DNA of 60,113 nt, the filler included, from Sphacelaria rigidula (Eukaryota): assembly GCA_964200075.2 (NCBI GenBank). It is 8 parts of 8 records of this genome, joined end to end, with 100 filler letters (N's around TTAATTAATTAA, not from the genome) between each part and the next. Parts side by side here need not be neighbours in the genome. Positions count along the whole stretch, not along the records: positions 45,162 to 52,587 come from CAXNAA020014981.1; positions 52,688 to 60,113 come from CAXNAA020014982.1; 6 more parts are not named here. One strand, given 5' to 3'. A model generated the notes under the pieces. That model saw nothing but the letters and a program-made list of their open reading frames with translations. It had not been told where the DNA came from and searched no databases. Numbering within the stretch: position 1 is the first letter of the stretch; each line of letters opens with the position of its first letter. This document shows, one piece after another, positions 50,574-60,113 of this stretch. The translations under genes were made by a program, and so were the position numbers.

Positions 50574-52324
50574 GTAAAATATGGGTGGTTAAGAGGCGTT
50601 ATTAGCGGGGATTTTTTTTTTCAAGACAAAACTTCGATTTTTTCTCCGGGAAAAGAACAAACAAACTTCCTGTCCGAAAAAATTGTAAAGCAGATTTTCT
50701 TAACCAGGGCCGGCAGTAAATTAATTCAAGAGTAACTACAGATTCCTCCGAAAGTCTGGGGTCGGATTTCTTTTTAACATTTTTTTTTTTTGGAGGGGGG
50801 GGGGGGGGGGTTTGGGTTGTTTTTTAAATATTTTTTTTTTTTCTCCTTTTTTTTTTTTTTTTTTTTTTTTCTCGTCTTNNGTTTTCCGCTTTTCGTTTCT
50901 TGAAGGTGTCTGACTTACTTTTTTTTTTTCCTCAATTTTTTTTTTTTTCAATATTCCCGTTGATAATTCCCCTAAGGAATAGAATAATAATAACATACCG
51001 TAGGTACCGTGCGTTTTCGGTGGTTGTTGCAGCATTGCCATGCACCGCAGGATACCCTGGGTTTCCGTCGTCGAAAATACTAAATGGCCCGGAGTACCTG
51101 CCTATTGTCGTACCGACCAAAACTGGTCATGAGTATTTCCAGGGGTACCCGAAATGTGGAACCACCGTACAGTACCTGTTTCATACGCCTTATCCCCAAC
51201 ACATTCGAAACGTGGAAGTTGTGGGGTCATCTGTAAATGCAAGGTTGGATTTATACTACAGATCCGGCCCTGGCCTGCCATACAAGACAAATTTCTTGTG
51301 TGGCTCTGCACTCAACAGGATGCTCTTAGTTTTGGAAGATGGATGATGAAACAAACTACAGTAGTATGTCTCGGTTTTTGTGATGCGATAATTCCACACC
51401 CTGGACAATGGATAACAATGTAAAAAAAAGTACTGGGTAGAGTGCCGACTAATGCGTCTTTTGCAACGGACAAACAGATTCCATACTGTATGCAACTTTT
51501 CCGAATGTGACATATTGTCAATATGCAGTGTGTGAAGTAGTTGAGTATGCCGGCCAACGGTCGAGTCTCATTTATTTATGCCGAATTCCGTCTATTTCAA
51601 CAGCAGCAACAACAGCGAAGTCTGTATTCCGTGTTCAGCTCGCGTCTCGGTGGGGTAGCAGTGTCTCCAAAAGGGCGCCATTCTCACCCGGGTGCTTAGA
51701 GGGCTGCCTCTCTGGGCGGTATACCGTAATTGTGTGAGTCATCGCACAGGTCGGAGTCATCGTACCCCTGTGCGTTAGTTTTTCAAGTTGGAAATCATTT
51801 AATTCATTTTCCGCACAGGGGTCGGAGTCATCACACCCCTGTGCGATGACTCCGACATTGGTGCCACCTTCGAGCGTGAGGTTGCATGCTGCGGCGTGTG
51901 GCCCCAGGATGGAAAATCTGCCACAATCCGTTTGTCTCGCAGTTGCAACCGGGGCTCACCGCTATTTGTAGCAGGTACAAACATATAAAAGCTTTTTTTA
52001 CTCTTGAGTTGTCAATTTTAAACGGCGATCGCACGCGAAAAAAAAGGACCACTCTACCGGACAATCACGATGCGGTGCTAACCTACCGTACCTCATGCTA
52101 CGGAGCGACAGCCTACAACTCAATACCTACCTACCTACACCAACCGCAGTTTTCTCCTCTCTTCGCACACAACACCACAAACAAACTCGAATCCTCCCGT
52201 CACCAGTCGTTGCACTATACAAAGCAAGGCACGAGATGTCTACGCGGGCGTACTGGACAAAGCTACCTACCGCGGGCCGTGCCTACCGGTAAATCTACCC
52301 CTCCTTCCCCCGGCTGGAGATGTT

Positions 52325-52492
52325 ACCGCACAGGGGGTGTGCGTTCAGACCACAGCATGGCAGGGTGTTTGATTTTGTCAGAATCGCACATGTCGGAGTC
52401 ACCGCACAGGGGTGTGCGTTCACAACACAGCATGGCAGGGAGTTTGATTCGTTCAGAATCGCACATGTCGGAGTCATTGCACCCCTGTGCGA
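52325..52492 (+). repeat. 2 x ~75-bp tandem repeat with CGCACAGGGG/CCCCTGTGCG motifs; related cluster at 51735-51858
   Basis: ACCGCACAGGGGGTGTGCGTTCA..CACAGCATGGCAGGG..TTTGATT..TCAGAATCGCACATGTCGGAGTC occurs twice. Confidence 0.85.
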
Positions 52493-52937
52493 TAAAAATC
52501 AATTTAGGAATCATTCACGGTTAGGACAAATAATGATTCGTCAGGAAATTACTTGGTTTTAGTATAATAAGTTGACTCGTGATGAATNNNNNNNNNNNNN
52601 NNNNNNNNNNNNNNNNNNNNNNNNNNNNNNNTTAATTAATTAANNNNNNNNNNNNNNNNNNNNNNNNNNNNNNNNNNNNNNNNNNNNCAGGCAGAAGAAA
52701 TCGTGAATTTGGTGATTTTGAGTCGTGATGATTTGTCCTAACCGTGAAAGATTCACATTGCTTTTTCGTGAGTTACATACATAGTGTGAGTGTGACACCG
52801 GTTATTTCGCGAGGGTTTTGTCGTGTGCTTTCACGTTTCCATCTTTACTTTCTGCGATTATTTGCGAGCAGTTTTCTCAGGAATAACGTTTTCCAATCAG
52901 ACTTTTTTCTCGCAGTGGGTTTCAGCCGATGGGATCC

Positions 52938-53238
52938 ATCGTAGCTTCCGTATATGTAGTCGTGTACTTTTTCCTGTCCTGAAAAGTGCAGCTTTTTTCG
53001 TCAAATGTCGTGTATGTTGGATCGGATTTCAACCGACTGTTGTACATGGAGATTTTTCTCTTTCGTGAGCAAATCATCAACTTCTGTGAAATCGTAGCCT
53101 CGGTATTTGTAGTCGTGTACTTTTTACTGTTCTGAAAAGTATAGCTTTTTTCGTTAAATGTCGGATATGTTGGATACGATTTTAACCGACTGTTGTACAT
53201 ATAGATTTTGCTCTTTCGTAAGCAAATTATCAACTTCT
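52938..53238 (+). repeat. Tandem duplication, period 153 bp, ~2 copies
   Basis: ATCGTAGC...GCAAATCATCAACTTCT starts at 52938 and again at 53091. Confidence 0.9.
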
Positions 53239-53559
53239 CTACAACCTCCTACTCTTCAATGACTAATCTACTTTTTACTCCGGGTTCTACTCTATTTTTT
53301 TTCATCAAAACGAAATGTCGGTGGCACATTCGGCTGTTCCGCATTCTTCACACTTTTCATTCGTTCTATAGTACTCAATTCTATGTCTCGCGTTTTTCAA
53401 TTCCAATAATATCACACCCATACCGTATCTTCCTTCTCCTACTCCTCTCGTTTAAATGAGTCTCATAACCAATAAACATACCATATCCTCGGCTTAATCC
53501 CTTGGTAGGAGTCACTGCCTTCACCCTCTCCCTTTCATATTTTTTTCTTTTCCACGCCT

Positions 53560-53970
53560 ATAATGGAGGACGGGGCCGCCGATAGGCGGCCCCGTCCGAT
53601 CCTTGTATATATAGAATATTTTGAACTCACGAGCGTGAAGCATACTTCGTAGCGAGGCGTGCGCGAAATTCAATGCTGATTTTTGTGTACAAGTTCCTCC
53701 GCACCCGCCCCGGGAGATGACTGCTGTTCGGGCCAATGCCAATGCTAGGAGCCCGGTTAGCGGATTCGTGCTTTACTTCGTGCGGGGTTACACATGCCTT
53801 CGCGACCGTTCGAACGGACGCGCGATCGCGGTGGTCCTGCAATGTTCCCGGCGGGCATGAACATTTCGAGAGAGGATCTATTCTCACGAGGGCTTGGCAA
53901 GGCAAGAATACCGAAACCCTCGAAGAAAACGGACGGGACCGGGTGCAGCCCCGGGTCCCGTGCGGCTTGT
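53560..53970 (+). mobile_element. Helitron-like 3' termini (GC hairpin followed by CTTG|T), two in tandem
   Basis: Perfect 13-bp stem GGACGGGGCCGCC-GATA-GGCGGCCCCGTCC followed by GATCCTTGT. A second stem ACGGGACC...GGTCCCGT is followed by GCGGCTTGT. Confidence 0.5.
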
Positions 53971-54473
53971 ATATATATATATATATATTCATTTCACACT
54001 TTCAATTCCCCCACTTTCTTGGGACGAGTCCGTTGTTTCGAGGGATCAACCTATCTATCCCTTTGTCATGAATTTTCCTGTTGACAGTCACCAAGAGATC
54101 TGAAACGTTTCCAGCCCTGAGCATATGAATACCGCAATGATACGTGACAAGTGTAAACTGTTCAAGGCTCGGATGAATTATCTCTGGTTAGAATGACCAA
54201 TCCTGCGATTCCTGACGTGTGATTTCTCGAAAGAGGGAAAAAGTTGACCGCGGATTAATATGGGAGAAATGCCGCGGTAGGGGTGCACTTTTCAGTCCAA
54301 AATGTCTTTAAGGCTGCACACTAAGGCCCAGATATTCGTCACCGAGGGGCGCCTACAGCAACGAGCCTCAGAAAAAAAGTGAACCCCTACCATGGCATTG
54401 ATCATGGTCTCCAAGGCAATTTTGCGCTATTGCACGTGCCTGAGGTGCGCGAACCTGGGGTGCTGTAACTTTA

Positions 54474-55946
54474 CACTCTGGACAATGGACACAATAATAA
54501 TCCGTTGCTTCAGTGATGGACGCAGGCGAAAACCTATCGGTATATATTGTCGAACACAATAGATGGTGAAACGAATATATTGATATATATTGCAACAGAC
54601 GATATATGTTGCGTGAGTCGATCAATAGTTTATGGCAATGGCAGTAGACCGAGATCACTAGCCATCGATGGACATCGTTTACCGTAATAGATTCTGGGAT
54701 GTGTTTATCGATTGCCACTGCCATACTACATAGATTTGGTGAGACATCCATCGATAGTCATTGCTATTATCAATAGATTTGGTGAGCCATCCATCCATAG
54801 CAGTTGCCGTCATCAGTAGGTTTGTTGAGCCGTCTATCGGTAGTCTTTGGCGTCACCAAGAGAGTTGGTGAGCAATCTATCAATAGCCTCTGCCGCCAAC
54901 AAAGGATTTTGGGGTATATTTCTGTCGGTGTGCTATTCTTAGCAGATATGAAGGTTTTTTTTTTTCACTCTGTTGAACTCGGGGAAGCTACTTCTCATGT
55001 TTTTCTTGGCGTTTCTCTTCTTATTTTCATTTTGGTAATATTTTGGGTGATCGCGTTTGGTCATGTAATTAGGCTGAGGTCTCTGAAAAAATGATGGGGG
55101 ACTCTGTGCCTTGTAATGAATAGCAGGGGCGGTATTGGAAAGACGAGCCTACGCCTGTGACCACGGGTTCGAGAGATTGGACTAATGTGCGGAAATGATA
55201 ATAAGAATCCCGATCGACCCCTGGGGGGTCAGCGAAAGTGCGACAATCAATCAAATCAATCATCCCAATCATTGCCGTCAGAAATTGACTCTTCTAGGGA
55301 ACATCTATCGATAGCCAGTGACGCCAACGATAGGTATTGATAAATATATGGCTCACTGCAGTGCTCTTATGGCATCAACGGCAGTATCCCTTACACATGA
55401 ACACGCAACTACCTGAGGCGGTAGTTGGCCGTAGCTTTCATGGAATAGGGTAGGAACATCTACCGACAAAGTGCATACGCAGTACATGGCTAGTGATCGA
55501 CGCCATTCAGCTTCCATTGCGGCCAGCAACAGATGTTGGTGGCCGCGATTCAGATTGCATTGTGACCAGCGATAGACATTGGTGGCCGTGACTCAGATTA
55601 TACTGTGACCCGCAATAGGGATTGGTGGGCACAATTTGGATCCTATTGTGACCACCAATATGTATTGGTGGCCGCGTTGCAGATCCTAGTGCGATTAGCA
55701 ATAGACATTGGGGACCAAAATTCAGAGCCTCTTGCAAAAAAAATAACATGTATTGATAGAAAATGTGGCCATTTCATTGTCACGGCAATGATACATTATG
55801 TCCCTTGTCCCGAATCTATTGTCGCTTACAATAGCTATCGATAGACAGTTATGCCAGTCGATTATGACTGACAATGAACATTGACAGTCAAGTTTTCGAG
55901 GCTATTGCAGCCGCAATATTCTATTACACAGTCTATTGTCCAGGGT
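54474..55946. mobile_element. Non-autonomous TIR element (Tc1/mariner-like, TA flanks) carrying internal 43-bp tandem arrays
   Basis: TA|CACTCTGGACAATGGAC ... GTCTATTGTCCAGGGTA|TA. The same terminus occurs at 56668-56685 and 51396-51413. Internal 43-bp arrays lie at ~54700-54900 and ~55523-55730. Confidence 0.65.
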
Positions 55947-56855
55947 ATAACCACATTTCACCCACGTAAACAAGTTATATAAGCGCTTATGTCCCTCAGA
56001 GGGTTAAACCCTGAGGATCACATCACGCCAACAACAAAACTCGTAAATTTTTGTCCATACATATTGCGGATTCCTACATCATGCAACCGTTTCAAATTTG
56101 CAGAATCGTGACGTTATATTTTCACAAGTAATATTATCATACGAGTATACCCACAGCAAGTTCACCTGCGGCTTCTCTACTGTGCTTTAACAGAGTATAA
56201 TATGCTCCATACACGGTATGATGCAATGTAGGTGTGGCAGTAGACGACAGAAAATATCGGTAGGCATCGTATACCGGAATGAGTTTTGGTATGTATCTAT
56301 CGATGTTGACTGCAGCCCTCAGTAGATCTTGTGCGTCCTCTATCAATAACCATCACCGTCATCAATAGATTTGGTACACAATTCATCAATAGCCATCGCC
56401 GTCATCAGTACATTTGGCACAGTCTTTCGATAGGAATTGTTGCCATTAATATATTTGGAAAGCTAGCGATCGATATATTCGGTCGGCAGCAACGATATCA
56501 GATCTAGGATCACAATAGACTGCTGCCCGGGCAATAGTGTGGGAAATGGATCTACCGATAGACATTGCCGACGACAAGAGAACGAGAAACTTGCCGATCG
56601 ATAGCTGTTACGGACGGCAGTATCGGCATCTACCACGGCAGATTCTATCGGTATTGCAATATATGCCGTCTATTGTCCAGGGTGTGGCAACGTTGAAGGT
56701 AAAGCCCAAGGATTGATTCGTGCTTCACGAATCAATTACACTAGAAGTAGGTAATTTTTAGACAAATCATTGTTCGTCCGACCGTTGAAAAGCGATGATA
56801 CGTGTACAAACTATACCGCAATGATGGGTGATACGTGTGAAGTGTTTTATGTTAA

Positions 56856-56972
56856 CCTTTTTGGAACCCACTGACGATTTTGTTTTTGTAAATCGGCGTC
56901 ATTTTGACTTGAAAATGACTGAAAATAATGCCGATTTGCGAAGACAAGAATCGTCAATGGGTTCCATAAGGG
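56856..56972. mobile_element. piggyBac-type MITE (117 bp) with TTAA target-site duplication
   Basis: TTAA|CCTTTTTGGAACCCACTGACGATT...AATCGTCAATGGGTTCCATAAGGG|TTAA, with ~50-bp inverted arms and CC...GG termini. Confidence 0.85.
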
Positions 56973-57216
56973 TTAATGGGTGATGTACTTGTCCGCAGCT
57001 ATGCCATGTACTCTGCAAATAACCAATTGCAGAGGTGTGCTCCCTGTGTTTGAAAAAGGGCCTTTAGTCTGGTCCCTGGGGGTGGGGGTACGCCATGCCT
57101 GTCTACCGTGGCTATGGTCTGCAGATTGATAAGGCGGGCGATGCCTTCCTCCGTCTCGATTGATGTGTTGAGTCGTACGGCACTACTGCTACTGCTACCG
57201 CTTGTGTTACCACAGC

Positions 57217-59312
57217 TATGGGCGCGCCTGACCCCCCAAAATGGGCAAAAAAAAGTATCACCGACCAAAAGCACGAACAGACACGAACAGACCGACTTCT
57301 GGGGCTTATCCAGGCTCGTGGGGTAAAAACGTGCCTTACGTCATCGGAAGAGAACGGCATGGATCCAAAATTTATATAGAGAAAGAGTGTACGTCATTCA
57401 AAAATCAGAACCCTATCGTTATTTCCGTTGTTCTTCCTCATATATTACGTGCCACTGAGTCGCTTTTCGTCCGCGCTTGCGATACCCTGGCACGCAAGGA
57501 GGCTGGTAGGGCTGAACAAACCCAACGCACACCGAGAGCACTCGGACAAGGGCGGTACATACATTCCCTGCAGAAAGTGAGGCCTAGGTAGACCCCAAAT
57601 CGGTGCCTGTGACACCGATTTCAACGAAAACGCGTTGTGCTCAGCCGAGGAGCACAGGGACCGTCAGCCCTACTAAGATTTCGATTCTCGTTGTACGCAC
57701 TCAAATCAAGTAATATCAACCATGAACATTTGTAGCCCAACGCCGGTAAGTGAAACCAGGAAGCTGAACCATTTTTTGGGGCGGATGCGGATCAAAGTTG
57801 GGTCAACATGATGTGCTCAACATGCGACAAAGTCATATGTACTGATGAACTTCAACGAGGACAGCCCTTACACAGACGAGTGGAGTACAAATAGTCACCG
57901 GGTGTGTAATGTAGGCTGGGTAGGTGTCGGTCCACCACCTCGTCATTTTTTGAGGAGCTTGGTTTATCGGCTGCCATGATTCCACCGCTTTTGTCGGATG
58001 AACGACTCGTGTTGTGCAAGTGTATTTGTTGTTCCGTGGGTATGGCTTTTCATTTGATGAATATGATATCAATTAGCCCTCTGACCGCGACGGTTGGTCA
58101 CATGCTGAATCGGCATCATTTTTCACCCGAAAAAAGTATGCATGGTCCAGATGGACTACCCTCGCGGTCTAGACTCCAAAGACAATGTGTTGCAAGAGGG
58201 AATGAAAACGAGCGGTCGTCCGTTACCCACCAGTACCGATACAACAGATGCGTGTCTTAGGACGAGTGGATCCACTGAAAGACATGAATGAAGCTTCGGT
58301 GCCACGTGGCTTCAGCGAAAGTGGGCGGACGACTTTATGCTGTCTCTTGGATCGTCTTGACGCAGTATGCTTTACCATTCAGGGGAGTAAGTTGGTTCAT
58401 CGTGATCTTAGTGTGGAAACCGAAATCCGGATCTTTCATGGGGGCTGTGCTCCTAGCATGCTCCTAGCATGCCCAGAACGTGTTGTTGTCTAAATCGGCG
58501 CCTGGGGCGCCGATTTGAGCTCTGGCAACGCACCCTTTGCCCAGGCAGCATGTTGCACCCCCCTTGCCCGAGGGTTCTCGGTATGCCTTCGTTGTGGTTA
58601 GGGTTAAGGCCAGTGTTACAATTTGTTGTCTCCGCTGCTGCGAGGTCGCGGAGATGATTTTAGCTTCTGGGGACTCTTCTGGGAGTTCGGTCGAAGGTTC
58701 AAATTCTACATCTGTCGAACATTCCACATATCTGATATATCAACCATCTGCACTATCAAGAGTCATTAATGGGTATCATGTATCCTGAGGTCGTTAGACA
58801 GGGGTGAGGTTTTCGCGTTTTGTGGGAAACGGCGAGGGTTGGAGGCGCGGGTTTGCGATCATAGCCCAATCTATCTCAGAAAATACTCATCGCCACGGCC
58901 ATCGATTGGGACGCGACTTTTTGCATCATCTGCGCCAAGACGACAGCTACAATTGTACCGGATGGATTTTTTTATTTCATCAGGATGCGAGTTTTATAAC
59001 GAATTAAGTGAAAACAAAAAGCATGTTTTTTTTTTTGCGATTTTCTCGATCACCCTAACATCTTTGGGAAACCATCCGGTCCTATTGTAGCTTGGACAAA
59101 TACACGCTGGTGAGTAGCCGAGCCATGCCGTGGTTGGTACTCCGAAACGAGAAAACTTTGAAACCGTGGAATGGAAACCCTACTCAAATCAAAAGTACTT
59201 TGAGGGATTTTGCGGCGTGCATAGTCAGAGGATGAACGAGGCTTCCGGTCTGTTCGTGCTTTTGGTCGGTGACACTTTTTATGCTCGTTTTCGGGCGTCA
59301 GGCGCGCCCATA
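57217..59312. mobile_element. ~2.1-kb non-autonomous DNA transposon with ~65-bp TIRs
   Basis: TATGGGCGCGCCTGACCCCCCAAAATGGGCAAAAAAAAGTATCACCGACCAAAAGCACGAACAGAC versus the reverse complement of 59249-59312 (TATGGGCGCGCCTGACGCCCGAAAACGAGCATAAAAAGTGTCACCGACCAAAAGCACGAACAGAC). No transposase ORF was seen. Confidence 0.8.
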
Positions 59313-59382
59313 ACAGGGGGAAGGTCTGAGTGATATCTCAGTAGACCCTCTTGCTTCCCCCCTCTAGTGATTTAGATACATA

Positions 59383-59383
<1 letters not shown>

Positions 59384-59452
<69 letters not shown>
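59384..59452 (+). repeat. (GTT)n microsatellite, possibly the (AAC)n tail of a minus-strand retroposon
   Basis: About 23 perfect GTT units. Confidence 0.95.
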
Positions 59453-59842
59453 GGTCACCAGAAAGCCAGGTTGTCGCAGTAGTGCTGGTGGGACTGCTTG
59501 GCACGTACCGGCACTATAGAGGGAACCCCACTGTACCATAGTGTCACAACGGGGATGTGCCGATGGAGGAAGTATGGGTTCATCGACCCGTTGAGACGAT
59601 AGGCTCGTCCCGAGGAAGGCGGGAGAAGTGGACGACAGTATGGCGGACAAAATGAAAATGAAAACGAGAAAAAAAAAAATCGAACAAATGCACAAGGAGA
59701 GAAGGGGAAGCAACGGACCAGTTATGGACAAGGAAGACGCGGCGTGATTATTAATTCATGCCGTTGCTGATTTATTCGGTAATTCATGCGCCCAATTTGC
59801 CTCGTTATCATTGTGCTTCTTGGTTCGGTGGTCATCTCGCAG

Positions 59843-59931
59843 CCGAATGTGTGCATCATTGAACTTGGCGGTACACTGGGAGACATTGAGAGCATGCCAT
59901 TCGTTGAAGCACTGCGTCAGCTCCAAGCAAG
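59843..59931 (+). CDS. CTPS: CTP synthase internal exon
   Basis: tcgcag|CCG...AG|gtgaga encodes [29 protein letters not shown](R), the diagnostic ELGGTxGDIESxPF synthetase-domain motif. Confidence 0.95.
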
Positions 59932-60113
59932 GTGAGAACACATGCACCATCTACCTATAATTTTATTCCAATCGACAGTCTTTAGCCGTGGGATGTCTTG
60001 GTTTGCTGTGACGAAATATCCTACGTTATGGTATGCCCCCCCCCCCCCCCCCCCCCACCACACCCCCCCACCCCCGCCACCACCCCCCCCCCACCCCGCC
60101 ACCCCCCACCCCA

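Noticed and set aside
50755..50950. Poly-T/poly-G tract giving a Lys-rich ORF (50736-51041)
   Set aside because: Homopolymer-rich low-quality sequence with Ns inside an intron.
52505..52755. Apparent inverted repeat (TCACGGTTAGGACAAAT) spanning the linker
   Set aside because: The arms are on different contigs. This is a high-copy repeat at contig ends, not a real hairpin.
54700..55730. 43-bp arrays as a possible CRISPR-like locus
   Set aside because: Whole units are homologous with scattered substitutions and there are no unique spacers.
1..60113. Fanzor/TnpB, intact transposase, rRNA or viral hallmark genes
   Set aside because: I recognised no RuvC, intact DDE transposase, rRNA or capsid/polymerase motifs by eye. 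A profile search would be needed to exclude remote or decayed copies.

Overview
This window is not one locus. It is eight unrelated contigs of 7426-7427 bp (1-7427, 7528-14954, 15055-22481, 22582-30008, 30109-37535, 37636-45061, 45162-52587, 52688-60113) joined by artificial 100-bp N44-TTAATTAATTAA-N44 linkers. The DNA is eukaryotic, with short GT-AG exons, long repeat-rich introns and roughly balanced GC. Exon style, the LRR exon type and the retroelements suggest a brown alga (Phaeophyceae), which is an inference. Recognisable host genes are the last two exons of splicing factor SF3B2, one CTP synthase exon, the first exon of a syntaxin-like Qa-SNARE, an LRR N-terminal cap exon, and a 5-6-exon orphan low-complexity gene. 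The rest is mostly mobile DNA: two degenerate Ty3/Gypsy elements, several MITEs or non-autonomous DNA transposons defined by terminal inverted repeats (one with TTAA target duplications), Helitron-like hairpin ends, tRNA-derived SINE heads, non-LTR 3' tails and minisatellites. I found no CRISPR array, rRNA, intact tRNA or convincing novel multi-gene system. The best leads are unclassified decayed ORFs (a four-CxxC protein and Trp-rich ORFs in contig 5) and unclassified TIR elements.
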